Positions 1 through 33,850 are shown, counted from the stretch's first letter. The stretch: 64,000 nt of DNA from the human T2T-CHM13v2.0 reference genome, Homo sapiens (GCF_009914755.1 NC_060941.1); one strand, 5' to 3'. The notes: generated by a model not told the origin, from the sequence alone. Program-made: numbers and translations.

Positions 1-172
1 TTCTCCCCTAGAGCCTCCAGGAACAATGCAGCAGCCTTGCTGACACCTTACTTTTAGCCCCAGGAGACCCGTCTTGCACTTCTGACCTCCAGAAGTGTAA
101 GATAATAAAATTGTGTTGCCTTTAAGCCACTCAATGTGATAATTTGCTATAGCAGCAGTAGCAAGCTAATAC
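1..172 (+). mobile_element. MLT1 (MaLR LTR, MLT1D/C-like) 3' end
   Basis: TTCTCCCCTAGAGCCTCCAG...TAAGCCACT...GCAGCAGTAGCAAGCTAATACA matches the MLT1 3' terminus. Confidence 0.85.
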
Positions 173-200
173 AAGGAGAGATGGATTTTTAAAAATCTCA

Positions 201-998
<798 letters not shown>

Positions 999-1017
999 GA
1001 AAATGTACTCTTAACCA

Positions 1018-1621
<604 letters not shown>

Positions 1622-1728
1622 CACATCTTTCATGATGTTGACAATCAGTGGAAGATGAGGGATGTTGTAATTTTGATTAAATTTCTCCATTCAGAAAATG
1701 GTGGTGCTTTCTAATTTCCTACCAGATT

Positions 1729-1970
1729 AGCTCACTGCAAGCTCCACCTCCCGGGTTTACACCATTCTCCTGCTTCAGCCTCCTGAGTAGCTGGGACTAC
1801 AGGTGCCCGCCACCACGCCCGGCTAATTTTTTTTTTTTTTTTGTATTTTTTTAGTAGAGACGGGGTTTCACCATGTTGGCCAGGATGGTCTCGATCTCCT
1901 GACCTCGTGATCCACCTGTCTCAGACTCCCAGAGTGCTGGGATTACAGGTGTGAGCCACCACGCCTGGCC
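1729..1970 (-). mobile_element. AluY-like fragment lacking tail
   Basis: GCAAGCTCC, CCATTCTC and GATGGTCTCGATCTCC diagnostic positions. Confidence 0.85.
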
Positions 1971-2467
1971 GATCAGGCCCATACTTCTTTGCCTGACACT
2001 GAACAATTCCTAAAACCTCATCCTGCAAAACCATACCTGCTCCATGCAAAACCAAAACTTCAAGACTCTAAAACCATGCCAGTCTCCAAAACATACCCTT
2101 TTCTGTAGACACATTTATTTTATTCTTGTTTCATGAATACATTTTACTTCAACATCTCTGCCTTTGTTCATATTGTATTTCTTTGTGGAATGACCTCTCT
2201 TTCTCCTTCCTTCTATCCAAATCCTATTCATCTTCAGGACCTGGCATAAGTCCCACCTCCCTGTGAAGCCTTTTCGGACCACAGCAGCCTTTTCCTGACT
2301 TTAGTGAAGTTCCCACAGACTGAATCACACCTCATCTTGCATTGCTTCCTTTTCCCCCATGTGTTTTTCTTGTTCTCACAACTATATTAACTCTTGGGGG
2401 GAAGGACTGTCATTTACAGTCTACATCGTACAGTCTACAGTCTAATATCCTCGACATTGACTAGTCT

Positions 2468-4660
<2,193 letters not shown>

Positions 4661-4682
4661 TCTAGTAAAGGTCTGAGCCTCA

Positions 4683-6326
<1,644 letters not shown>

Positions 6327-6802
6327 TAGTACTGAAGTGGTATCCTTAAGGGACGTAAAAAGTCCAAAAGCTGGCTTAAGTGTCCAGTAAGGAATCACTT
6401 AATTTGGCACAGAGGGAAGCATTGCCTCTGTAATGGTCACCTATGAAATCCTTTCCAATTAAACAGCCTTCTCCTTTGTGCTGTAGTCTCTTTGTATTGG
6501 TGTGGCCATTTGTCTGTGGGTAATAGCCAACTCGCAATGGATTGTTGCTGCTATTAATCTTTTTTTCAAGAAAGAAAATGACACACATAATAACCTGTTT
6601 GAAAAAGCCCTTTAATGGTACATTATTATTTGTTTTCTGGCTACAGAACAGTGAGGGCAGTGCATAGCTGTCTATACACTTTTCTTGCTGCTACAGAACT
6701 GATTGACTGCAGTAAAATAACCTTAAGATGTGTTTCTATGTTTCAGTGTAGAGGGTATACTTAGAATTTCCTGTATTTATCCTTCTATTAATACCATACT
6801 CA

Positions 6803-7094
6803 GACTGGGTGCAGTGGCTCACACCTGTATTCCTAGCACTTTGGGAGGCCAAGGCAGGCAGATCACCTGAGGTCAGGAGTTCAAGACCAGCCTGGGCAAC
6901 ATGATGAAACCCCATTTGTACCAAAAATATAAAAATCAGCTGGGCGCAGCAGCACGTGCCTGTGATCCCAGCTACTTGGGAGGTGGAGGCAGGAGAATCG
7001 CTTGAACCTGAGAGGCAGAGGTTGCAGTGAGCCGAGATGGCACACTGCACTTCAGCCTGGGCAACAGAGGGAGACTCGGTCTGAAAAAAAAAAA
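6803..7094 (+). mobile_element. AluS
   Basis: Full dimeric Alu with A-tail. Confidence 0.93.
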
Positions 7095-7989
<895 letters not shown>

Positions 7990-8058
7990 CAATTACTGGG
8001 CTGGGCACGGTGGCTCACACTTAGCACTTTGGGAGGCCAAGGTGAGCGGATCACTTTA

Positions 8059-8600
<542 letters not shown>

Positions 8601-8775
8601 GGGCTGGGCACATGGCTCACACTTGTAATCCCAGCACTTCGGGAGGCCGAGGCAGGCGAATCACTTAAGGTCAGGAGTTCAAGACCAGCCTAGCCAACAT
8701 GGTGAAACCCTCTGTCTACTAAAAATACAAAAATTAGCTGGGCATGGTGGCATGCACCTGTAATCCCAGCTACCG

Positions 8776-9212
8776 CATGAGTACACTCAGACAATTGCAA
8801 AGGAGTTCCACTCCTCTCACCTTGGGGTCAGCACCTACCCCCATTACACCCATGATCAGCAGGAAGAAGTTAGAGCAGTCTTCACCCTTTTTCCATATTC
8901 ATTAGCCAACACCTTAAGATTAAGGTGTTATAAAACCCAAAGCGAGGCCAGGAGATCGAGTCCATCCTGGCTAACACGGTGAAACCCCATCTCTACTAAA
9001 AATACAAAAAATTAGCCGGGCGTGGTGGCAGGCACCTGTAGTCCCAGCTACTCGAGAGGCTGAGGAAGGGGATGGTGTGAACCCGGGAGGCAGAGGTTGC
9101 AAGGAGGTGAGATCGTGCCACTGCACTCCAGCCTGGGTGACAGAGTGAGACTCCGTCTCAAAAAAACAAAAACAAAAACAAAACAAACAAAAAAAAACCC
9201 AAAGCAAGAGAT
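8776..9212 (+). mobile_element. ERV1 3' internal stub preceding LTR8, containing a 5'-truncated AluY (8944-9197)
   Basis: CAGCAGGAAGAAGTTAGAGCAGTC motif and a purine tract before the LTR; AluY TSD AAAACCCAAAGC at 8932-8943 and 9194-9205. Confidence 0.65.
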
Positions 9213-9914
9213 TGAAAGTGCCATGGCAAAATTATAACTGAGACAGTGAAAGAGATCTGACCTAACCAACTCCATCTTGCTTTGCATCTCCAAGCTGTTC
9301 TTATTCATTCCTGGGCACAGACCGAACTAACTTTGGAAGGAACTTGGTTTATAGTTTAAAACAATGACGATAACAGCCCTTTACCAAAACAAAGTTCCTT
9401 CTTGCCTGGAGACTAGACTGCCTTTGTCGGACTAACAAATTAGCCACAAGATTAGAATTTATGGTTTAGGAGTCATGCAGCTGGAGGATACAAGATTCTG
9501 ACCCTCCTTAAACTGCTCCTAAGATCAGTGTTTGAGATGTTTTGCAGACCCTGCACTCGATGGATCATCTGGCACCACCCAGATCGATAAAATGGCCCAT
9601 CTGATCTTATGGCCCCTGACCTGGGAATTGACTCCAGCACAAAAGGACAGCTTCAGTTCTGCATGATTTCATCTCTGACCCAACAGTCAGCACTCTTGAC
9701 TCAATGGCCTTCCCTCCCACCCCCACCAAATTATCCTGAATTAAAAACTGTGATCCCAGAATGCTCAGGGAGACTGATCTGAGTAATAATAAAACTTTGG
9801 TTTCCCACACAGCCGGCTCTGCCTGAATTACACTGTCTGTATTGCAAATTCCCCTGTCTTGATAAATTGGCTCTGTCTAGGCCGTGGGCAAGGTGAGCCC
9901 GTTGGTCAGTTACA
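9213..9914 (+). mobile_element. LTR8 (ERV1), full length
   Basis: TGAAA..GCCA..GCAAAATTATAACTGAGACAGTGAAAGAGATCTGACCTAACCAACTCCATCTTG ... GGGCAAGGTGAGCCCGTTGGTCAGTTACA (TG...CA termini). Confidence 0.9.
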
Positions 9915-10152
9915 ACCATGCTCAGCTAATTTTTTGTATTTTTTGTAGAGATGGGGTTTTGCTGTGTAGCCCAGGCTGGTCTTGAACTCTGGGCTTAAGG
10001 GATCCCCCCATCTCAGCCTCCCAAAGTCCTGGGATTACAGATGTGAGCTACCACGCCCCGCCTAACTGAGTAGCTTTACTTATTTATTTAAAAAAATTAG
10101 TTTTATTTTTTATATCGTAAGGCTTACTTGCAAAATGAGTAGCTTTCAATAG

Positions 10153-10395
<243 letters not shown>

Positions 10396-10460
10396 TGATC
10401 CACCTGCCTTGGCCTCCCAAAGTGCTGGGAAATGACAGGTATGAGCCACTGCGCCTGGCC

Positions 10461-10567
10461 AGTGATCTCTTCTTACTGCACTCTGTGACTTGCCTTGAAT
10501 TCCTTCCTGCACAAGATCCAGGAACCCTCCCTTAGGGTCTGGGTAGGGACCCCTTTTTCTGGCAACA
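10461..10567 (+). mobile_element. ERV1 (MER4-group) LTR 3' end fragment
   Basis: TTGCCTTGAATTCCTTCCTGCACAAGATCCAGGAACCCTC...GGGACCCCTTTTTCTGGCAACA. Confidence 0.7.
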
Positions 10568-11009
10568 GAGACTTTAAATACTTTTATGACTGCCTCTGAT
10601 AGATTGTTCTACACATCTGTCCTTTTTGTTAACATGATTATAGGAAATGTAATTTAGGGCACCAAGAGAAGATCTATTCACGGAACACAGGAGTGAATAC
10701 ACACTGCCTCTGTATTGATGGAACTCATGCTGGGCCATTAAGTATTTATCCATGTATGCAAATGAGCATTGTTTTCAAGATATTGAGCCTCTCCTACCTT
10801 TCCTTCTAACTGATCCAAATCAGAATAACCTGATTGGTGAGCTGAGCTTCACCTCTAACTTGACTTGTTGTTGTGCTGCTATTGGTAATGAGGTGATTGA
10901 TACTAAGGGACTTTTTATGTTGACAGTGTGAGCGTCTCACATGCATGGGATAGGTAGGGTATGTGGGCCCTGGGTTTTGACTAGGTGAGATGCGAGGAAA
11001 TACTTTTTT

Positions 11010-13507
<2,498 letters not shown>

Positions 13508-13995
13508 ATATGATACGGAGGTGGTTAAATTACGTGGCCCAATCAAGGGTGGGTCAGCCGAACTGCAGTGAGGACTTGGGTCAGCTTGGTGAAGTTCACG
13601 TTTGGGCTTTATCCTCTCCCTGGAATTTTGTGTCTCCCAGGCAATTTCTGTTGCCTGTGCTTTTGAGTGAAAGGTAAGTCTCCTCCCACAGCCTTGCTCT
13701 GTAGAATAAGATGGCATTTGTAGAATCTGACTTTTCAGAGTCCTTTCAAGTATATCCTTACTTTGAGCCTCCCAGTTAGGAGATGGATTCGTATCCTCGT
13801 GATGGCTCAGGAACGGAGCTCAGAGAGGTGGGGAACCTGCCTGAGAGAACAGGTGCGTGGCACAGTCAGCTCCAGAATGGGCTTCCTTGCCCTGCACTTG
13901 TGTTCAGTTGCCTCTCCACAGAGCCTTTTCCCAGGCGTTTACTAAATACAGTCGGACGAACTAGAATTTCAGAAGTTGAATTAAGCATACGACAC

Positions 13996-16202
<2,207 letters not shown>

Positions 16203-16205
16203 TAT

Positions 16206-18280
<2,075 letters not shown>

Positions 18281-18301
18281 GGACAATCCTCTCTCTATTC
18301 T

Positions 18302-18823
<522 letters not shown>

Positions 18824-18988
18824 CTACTTGGGGGGCTGAGGTACAAGAATTGCTTGAACCCAGGAGGGCGGAGGTTGCAGTGAGCCGAGAGTGTGCCGCT
18901 GCACTCCAGCCTGGGCAACAGAGTGACCCTGTCTCCAAAAAATAAAAAAAAAGTTTTCACATAATTTAGCACTTAATTGTTTGGTGGG

Positions 18989-19200
18989 TGTGGTGGAAAG
19001 AATCATGAGTGCCCAAAGATGCCCATGTCCTGATACACAGAGCCTGTTACCTTATATGGCTGTGATGAAGTTAATGATTTTGAGAAGGGGATTGTCCTCG
19101 ATTATCTGGGTGGGCCCAGTGTCATCATGGGGCTCTTGTAAGAGGGAAGCAGGAGGGTCAGAGTCACAGAAGGAGACGTGATGATGTCATGTCAGAAGCA
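18989..19200 (+). mobile_element. MLT1D-like LTR 5' portion
   Basis: CCCAAAGATGCCCATGTCCTGAT...GATTATCTGGGTGGGCCC...AAGAGGGAAGCAGGAGGGTCAGAG. Confidence 0.78.
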
Positions 19201-19326
19201 GAAACAAGAAACCCGGCACGGTGGCTCACACCTGTAATCTCACACTTTGGGAGGCTGAGGTGGGCAGATCATTTGAGCCCAGGAGTTCCAGACCAGCCTG
19301 GGCAACATAGTGGGACCCCATCTCTA

Positions 19327-19422
<96 letters not shown>

Positions 19423-19509
19423 TCAAGACTGCAGTGAGCTGAGTTTATGCCACTGCACTCCAGCCTGGGCAACAGAGAGAGAACCTGTCTCAAAAAAAAA
19501 TTTTTTTTT

Positions 19510-19790
19510 AAAGAGACATTATTTTTTAGAGCATGTGTAGGTTCACAGCAAAATTGAGCAGAAAGCATAGAGTGCCCACATATCCCCTATTCCTCCTCCC
19601 CCACCCATAACCCCCCGACTATCAACGTCCTCCATAGAGTGGGTTTGTTACAACTGATGAACCCACATTAACACATCACCATCTCCCCAAGTCCCTAGTT
19701 CACACGAGGGTTCACTCTTGATTCTATGGATTTTGACAAATCTATATGGCATGTGTCCACCATTATAGTGTCACATAGAATAGTTTCACC
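19510..19790 (-). mobile_element. L1MC 3' end fragment
   Basis: TAGGTTCACAGCAAAATTGAGCAGAAAG...TGTTACAACTGATGAA...GGGTTCACTCTTG. Confidence 0.8.
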
Positions 19791-19801
19791 AAAATTTTAC
19801 C

Positions 19802-20720
<919 letters not shown>

Positions 20721-21430
20721 AAAATTTTACTTTTAATGAAGACTGCGGACCACAAGAAATGCTAGCATTGTCAGTATTGGCTCACTCAGTAGGTACCCAG
20801 TGTCATTCCCAGACAGCTTCACCTAGCACCTATAACTTTGGCCAGTTGTCTACTAAATTATTTGTTATAAGGAGGAGCAGGCAAGAAAGATCAGTGTAAA
20901 AATCACCCCAACTGTATGAAAAATGTTTAAAGCATGCCTCCTTATTGGGATAAATTCTGCAAATCCCCAGCTCCTACTGTAGGGTAGAGGAAAGGAATAC
21001 ACCAGAGAGCAAAAGCCACAGAGCTGTGCCCTCCCAGAACCTCCAATCCAACACAACATCACACAGAGCTTCAGCAACACTGGCTGTGCACAGTCTGCAC
21101 ACCCGGAACAAGCCAGGATTTGCCCGGATAAAACAACACAACTTTCTTATGAGACATTCGAGCTGGGCTTTCAGCTCCTAGCAAAGTCCTATGTCAAACA
21201 AGGCCAGGCCAAGCTCCAGGATGCCCGACCCCTGGGCAGGTTTTCTCTCCCAAGGTTTCCTCTTTCCTCCAGTTTGTTGCTTGCCCTGTCAGGGTCTGAG
21301 GAAGGATGACAACAGAGAAACCTAGATTCTGGTCCCATGTGGGCATCTGCAGGCAAGTCATAGACACTGGACCAAATATCCTCATCTGAAAATAAAGGTT
21401 TGGCCATGATGGCTTCCAGGGTGTCTGTTA

Positions 21431-22508
<1,078 letters not shown>

Positions 22509-23323
22509 CTAGTCAACCAAACACCACCAACCCTTAGCTAGTAGCTTCAGATGAATTCCAAATGCCTAGGCAAAAGTTTTAGCCATGGCCCTCTGGCCTT
22601 CTAATCCTTCATGGCTTACCAAATTAACAAATTCCAGGCGGAAATGGTCTCTTGAAGTGTGTAGGAATCACTGTGCTGTTTTTGAAGTCTTGCATGAAAG
22701 AAACCTCAGGGCTCGGAGACCAGGCTCACATCCTTTCGTGCCCTGCAGAGGGCGACCCGCTCTTGCAATCGGATTTTCTGTATTGTGAGGGAGTTACTGT
22801 GAAGTGTGCCTCCTTTTTGTGTGGCTAACCCCCAGGGCTGGGACGGAAGAGGAATTGAACTGGCATAGTAAATTAAAATGCAATTTGAACTTCAATGCAG
22901 CCTTTCAAATGAGGCTCTGCTGCGCTCTCCTGACACCCCTCCTCAATTCTTCTCTGGGGTGGCATGGAGGTATCTGATGTTCCTATTTAAATCCCTGAGT
23001 TCATACACTGTCCTTATCTGTCATTTCCTCTTTGAAAGGCACTGAGAACTCAATTCAGGGAAAATTGAAAACCTTTCCAGATATTACTGTTTTGAAAGTG
23101 GTTTTGCCAAAAAATATAACAGCAAATAAACTCTAGTAAGAATGAGATTCATTTAGCTCTTGTTGCCTTTGACCTCAGAAGAAAACATCTAACAGGAAGC
23201 CTAGAAAGTCACAGTTAAATATATAAATTCATTTTGAACTAAGAGTCTTTTTTTTTTTCTTCAGCACTAGAATTCCTGCAGTAGAACAGGTATATATATA
23301 TGTATATACATTTTTTTACATCA

Positions 23324-23648
<325 letters not shown>

Positions 23649-23925
23649 CTAAGAGGAGCCTGGAGAGTGGAAAGTTGTGTGCACAGGAGAGACTTTAGTC
23701 CACTGTCATTTGTGCCTTTACCATTGTCGTCTTTTCAGTGGCCCTTATTATTGGGGAGTTTTGCTGCTTGTAGTCATTCAATGACATTTTCCTCTAGCCC
23801 TCAGTGACTGCTGCAATCCCCTTTTCTTTTCTTTCTTTCTTTTTTTTTTTTTTGAGATAGGGTCTTGCTTATTGTCCAGGCTGGAGTGCACTGGTGCAAT
23901 CACAGCTCGCTGTAGCCTCGATCTC

Positions 23926-24285
23926 TGTATTAGTCCATTCTCACACTGCTATAAAGAAATACCTGCAACTGTGTAATTTATAAAGAAAACAGGTTTAATT
24001 GGCTCACGGTTCTGCAGGCTGTACAGAAGGCATGGCTGGGAAGGCCTCAGGAAACTTACAATCATGGTGGAAGTTGAAGTTCCATATCTGGAGCAGGAGG
24101 AAGAGAGGGGGGAGGGGCTACATACTTTTAAACAACCAGATCTCATGAAAACTCACTGGCACAACAACAGCCAGGAGGAAGTCCACCCCCATGACCCAGT
24201 CACCTCACACCAGGCCCCTCCCTCAACACTGGGGATTATAGTTCTACAGGAGATTTGGGTGGGGACAGAAATCCAAACCATATCA
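23926..24285 (-). mobile_element. MSTA/MSTB MaLR LTR inserted inside an antisense AluJ (23822-24560)
   Basis: TGTATTAGTCCATTCTCACACTGCTATAAAG...ATCCAAACCATATCA; 5-bp TSD ATCTC/ACCTC; Alu sequence continues on both sides. Confidence 0.9.
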
Positions 24286-24372
24286 ACCTCCCAGGCTCAA
24301 GCAATTATCCCACCTCAGTATCCCAAGTTGCTGAGACTGCAGGTGTGCCAGGTGTGCACCACCATGCACAGC

Positions 24373-24376
<4 letters not shown>

Positions 24377-24443
<67 letters not shown>
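24377..24443. repeat. (TA)~20 followed by T~27 compound microsatellite
   Basis: Seen directly, in the Alu central linker. Confidence 0.95.
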
Positions 24444-24447
<4 letters not shown>

Positions 24448-24767
24448 AATGGGTTCTCATTATGTTGCCCAGGCTGATCTCGAACTCCTGAGCTCAAGTC
24501 ATCCTTCTGCCTCGGCTTCTCAAATTGCAAGAATCACATGCAAGAGCCATTGAGTCCAGCCCCTTTGCTTTTCTACGTGAACTTAGTATGGGAGTTATCA
24601 GGTTGATTCTGGAGGTCATTTGTCCCTCACCTGCATTCAAGGAATAGATTCTCCCATCCTCAGTGTTTGCCATCAGAAAGACGTAGCTGCCATCCAACTT
24701 AAGCTGCCCTTGCTGGAATTTAGATGAATTTTCCTGTTATCTTTATAGGGTGAGTCGGTTACCCTTC

Positions 24768-25547
<780 letters not shown>

Positions 25548-27198
25548 CCTTCTCTCCAGGGCATTAACATTTGGGCAAGGGTGTGTAATGATTCTCTCAT
25601 TTTTAACTTCCAGTTAAATAATCCTGTTTTTGAATAATTTATGTTCTAAGACTTCCATTTTTAGATGCTTTCCTTCTGTGCCCCCTTCCCTTGGGCCACT
25701 GCAGACTTCCCTTGGCACTTCTTCTTCTCCCAGAGGTCACCTCCCAGCAGGCTCTGCTCCGGGGATGCCTGGTGGGTGGAGGGCTGCCTCTTCCCCCACT
25801 TCACTGGGGTGGGCTGCTTACATCTTGAGGCTCAATCACATGCATCAGAAGCTGCAAAGTCCCAGAAGGCAGATATTGTTTTCTCCTACCTTGTCCTCAG
25901 TTTGCTGTTGATTTCCTAAAAATAGACTTTACCTTTTAATAACTTCCTAGCTTGCCATAATTGCCAGGTCCCATGCTGTTGGATAGATGGGACAGGCAAG
26001 AGCTCGGCAGCCACTGTGAGTCCCTCCTGTAGGGGAGGGCAAATGGCAAGGGTTGTCCCAGAGGGCCCCAGAGTGCTTGGCCCAGGTGAGCCCTGCTCTG
26101 AAAGGAGAGACTTGGATCCCCTTTGCCCTAACCTGGGGCCAAGCTCTGAAAGGACAGAGGTTCCCTTCTGCTCTGAGCTGCCTCCTCTGGGCTTGCAGGA
26201 GAGGGGATAGCAAAGGCTCTACCCAACCTCAGCAGCTGGGGGAGTCCAGAGGCCTCTGGAGTGCTCTGCAGGTGGGCAGCCTGGGGCTCTCCACAGTGTC
26301 TCAAGGGACAGCTTCCCCTGGGGCACCACAGTGGGAAAGATGCCAGGCAGAGAAGTTCCCTTTTTCCTCCGGGCTGTGTTGAAAGGTGGTTACTGGAACC
26401 ACTTACTCTGTTAACAAAAATCAACTGTCTGTCCTTAGGTTATGAAGGGTGGGGGATGGAGGGCGCAGTGTGGGGAGGGAAAGTTGGAGTCGGGGGTGCA
26501 TAAAGGGAATTGACTTTGCAGTCCCAACTCTTCTTTTCTAGAATCCAAGATTCAGTCTCCCCTTGGATGACAGCGTCTCTCTCTATGTCTAGTTTTGTAG
26601 GATGGGGATCCAATTTTATTAAGGTAGAGAGGGCAGGTCCTTGCCATGCAGGAGGCAATCAGGAGGAAATCACTCCAGAGCAGTTGGCATGCTCTCAGGT
26701 CCATCTGGCACCTGCCCCAGGGCTGCCTTGCTAGCAGAAACCATTCTGCCCTTAACCTCCGGTACCCTGCCAAGGAGGTCGCCATTCCTGGGGCATCTGC
26801 TGCTATTGGGAGCAGGCTTCCTGGCCAGGGGCCAGCTGTGAGGGCCCCTTTTCTAGGAGCAGAGTAGGAAGCCATGCGGTGTGGGCACAGGCTGCCAACA
26901 TGATGATCCTCTCCCTATGCTGCCGAGAGGGGCCTTGGGGACAGAGAAGCTTGGGTTCACATTACATCCCCCCACTTCTTAGATGTCACCCTGAGCAAAA
27001 GGTGTAACTTTTCCAGGCCTCGATTTCACTGCAGCACTCAAGAAATGGCTACTTCATGGGGTTAAGGTGAGCATCATTTAGGGGGTGCTCAAATGGTCCT
27101 TTGATTAGGTATAAATAAGGAGTGAGACCACTTTGCACAGAGGAGACCCTCAATAAATTCAGTGAATCAGAAACATCACAATTATCCCCTTCTCCTGA

Positions 27199-30002
<2,804 letters not shown>

Positions 30003-30351
30003 TGAGCTTTGCCGAGACACGTCTGGAAGTGGAGTTGATCTGCTCACCCTCCGTTTTGCTCCCCCGACCCCAGCTGCCCTTCCTGGGCTGTGTCTCCTCT
30101 TGACTGTCCTTCAGCTGCCCGCAGCCTTGCCTTCAGCATCCTTCCACCCACCTTGAGTGTTCCACCGTAAACCTACCCCCTGCTCTGGGATTCGCCTCAT
30201 GCTTTCCTGAGCTCAGTGCCATCCTGCATTTCCCTCTTCAGCTCCTCTCCTCACGGTCAGTCGGGCTGAATAGGGTCCCTCCCTCCCTGCCATTTGATGG
30301 CCCATCGGTTGACTGATTCCTGTCCTCTCATGCGGCTGAGCATAGCCGGGG

Positions 30352-31415
<1,064 letters not shown>

Positions 31416-31618
31416 GAGGAGGTGCGTGTGCATTGGGTGCAGTGGCAGCTGTGTTTCTGAGCTGTCCTTCCCTCCAGGGGCTCTCTACAAGTGGGGCTGC
31501 AACGTCCTAGGGCAGCCTCTCTCTCCTGTCTCCCTCTCTCCAGCACCTTTGCCTCACTTTATAAACGCTTTCCCTCTTGAACATATTAACAAACTAAAGA
31601 CCATTTTTATTTTTTTAA

Positions 31619-31921
<303 letters not shown>

Positions 31922-33850
31922 TAAGACCATGACCCCTTGAACTCCATTCATCCAATTTTCCTTAGCTCCCAGACTGCCTATCAAAGCCATTCACATTCCT
32001 TGTGTCACCACCGTGGGCCCTGTCCTCTTTACTCTGTGCCATCTGCCAGGCAGCCTGCTTTCCCAGGGGCACCCACAGCCCCCTGGTAGGTACATGGAGT
32101 CTCTCTTCCTGGACTCGGCATCCTCTGTCTCTTTCCTGTGTTTTGTGTAGTGGGAGTTGGCGGAGGGATTCCCTCCCTCAGCCTCATGACCCTCCCCAGT
32201 TTAGCATCCATGGACCCACTGGGGGTCGAGCACCAGCAGTGAACAGACCTGGGGTCTCAGTTTGACCCCTTCGTAGCTATGTGACAGTGTTGAGGGAGGC
32301 ACCTCTTCGCTGGGTCCTGGTGTACTCGGCTGTACCACACAGGCCCTCAAGGCACCGTGGAGGGCAGGACTGGACAGAGCAGTGGCAGGTGCCCGTGAGC
32401 GGAAGGGGAGCATTGAGGTGGAGGTAGCCAATTCTGTTTCTCCCTGCGCTGGTCCCTGTGAGTGAGTGTGTGTAACTTCCACATGCAAGGGCGGCTGCTG
32501 TCCAACATGAGGCAAGCAGGACTTCTCTCCCCCACTCTGCGCTGAGGATGGGCTGGGGAGGAAACGAGGCCTGAAGGCGTCCAGGCTCCGGGATGTCTCC
32601 CTCTGCACCGGTCTCATCATTTCGGTGCAGATTGAGGTTTCTTCTTGTGAAGGCTGTTAACAACCAAGTGAGAGCCGGGCTATCAAATGCCGAGTAATAA
32701 GATGCCTGTACCTGCTGCTTCCTGGCCGGAGTGATGGTGCATTTCTGCTGCTGAAATTGCATGTGGATTAATTAAAACGGGAGTAAGTATTTCTCCTGAA
32801 TTATTCACCAGCTTCCAGGAGATGGAACCATCACTGTGGCGTCTTGTTACAGGAGTGCTGTGGCCTCTCCTCTGGTGGAGCACCGGAAGTGGAAGGCACG
32901 CTCCCGGGGCTGGGGCGTGCATGTAGGGGGTGCGGTGAAGCTGATCAGTTCTGTGGCTTTGAATCCTTGCATATCTGGAAGTCACAGAGAATTGGAAATG
33001 CCCTGCACGGGAGAGGCCAGCGGAATAACCCTCTAGAAAGTTCTCCTGCAGAGAAGTAGGAGCCTCCTCTTCCTTCCTTTTTTCCACTGACGAGGGCCTG
33101 CACTCCGCAGGGAGGCCTCAGGAGACTCGGTTTCCATCCTGCCTCTGGTCGGGGCAGTGGCCTCTCCATGCCTGATGGCAGGTCTGGGCTGAGCAAGGGG
33201 CCCCTAGGTGTCCCAGTGGTGCTTGTGGGCTGTTCTTGTATCTGACTGTGGAGTGTCAGAGTGTGTGTTCCATGCCCGCCTGGCCCTTGTGTGGGTATTT
33301 GTGGGTGCCTCTGTGTGCTGTGTATGAGGGTGCCACTGGAACGGGGCTGACCAAGCTCTTGGCCAATGATCCCATCCACCTTTGGTCCCTTGTGCTAGTG
33401 GGAAGGGCTGAGGGTGCTGGTCTGAGCCTTCTGGATGACCCCTCAGTCCTGACACTGGTTCTTCAGATGAGGTTGGCTGTCCCTTCCCCACGTGGTGGCT
33501 CTTTTTATTTTTATTTTTTTGAGATAGGATCTCACTCTGTTGCCCAGGCTGGAGTACAGTGGCATGATCTTGGCTCACTGCAACCTTGACCTCCCCGGGC
33601 TCAGGTGATCCTCTCACCTCAGCCTCCCCAGTAGCTGAGACCACAGGTGCGTGCCACCATGCCCAGCTAATTTTAACAACTTTTAGTACAGATGAGGTTT
33701 CACCATGTTGCCCAGGCTGGTCTTGAACTCCTGAGCTCAAGCAATCTGCCCACCTCAGCCTCCCAACGTGGGTGGTTCTTGATCAGTCCCCACAGATAAT
33801 TTTTCTCTTGGGCCACCTTGACTGGAGACGCCTCATCTGCATGGGCCCTT

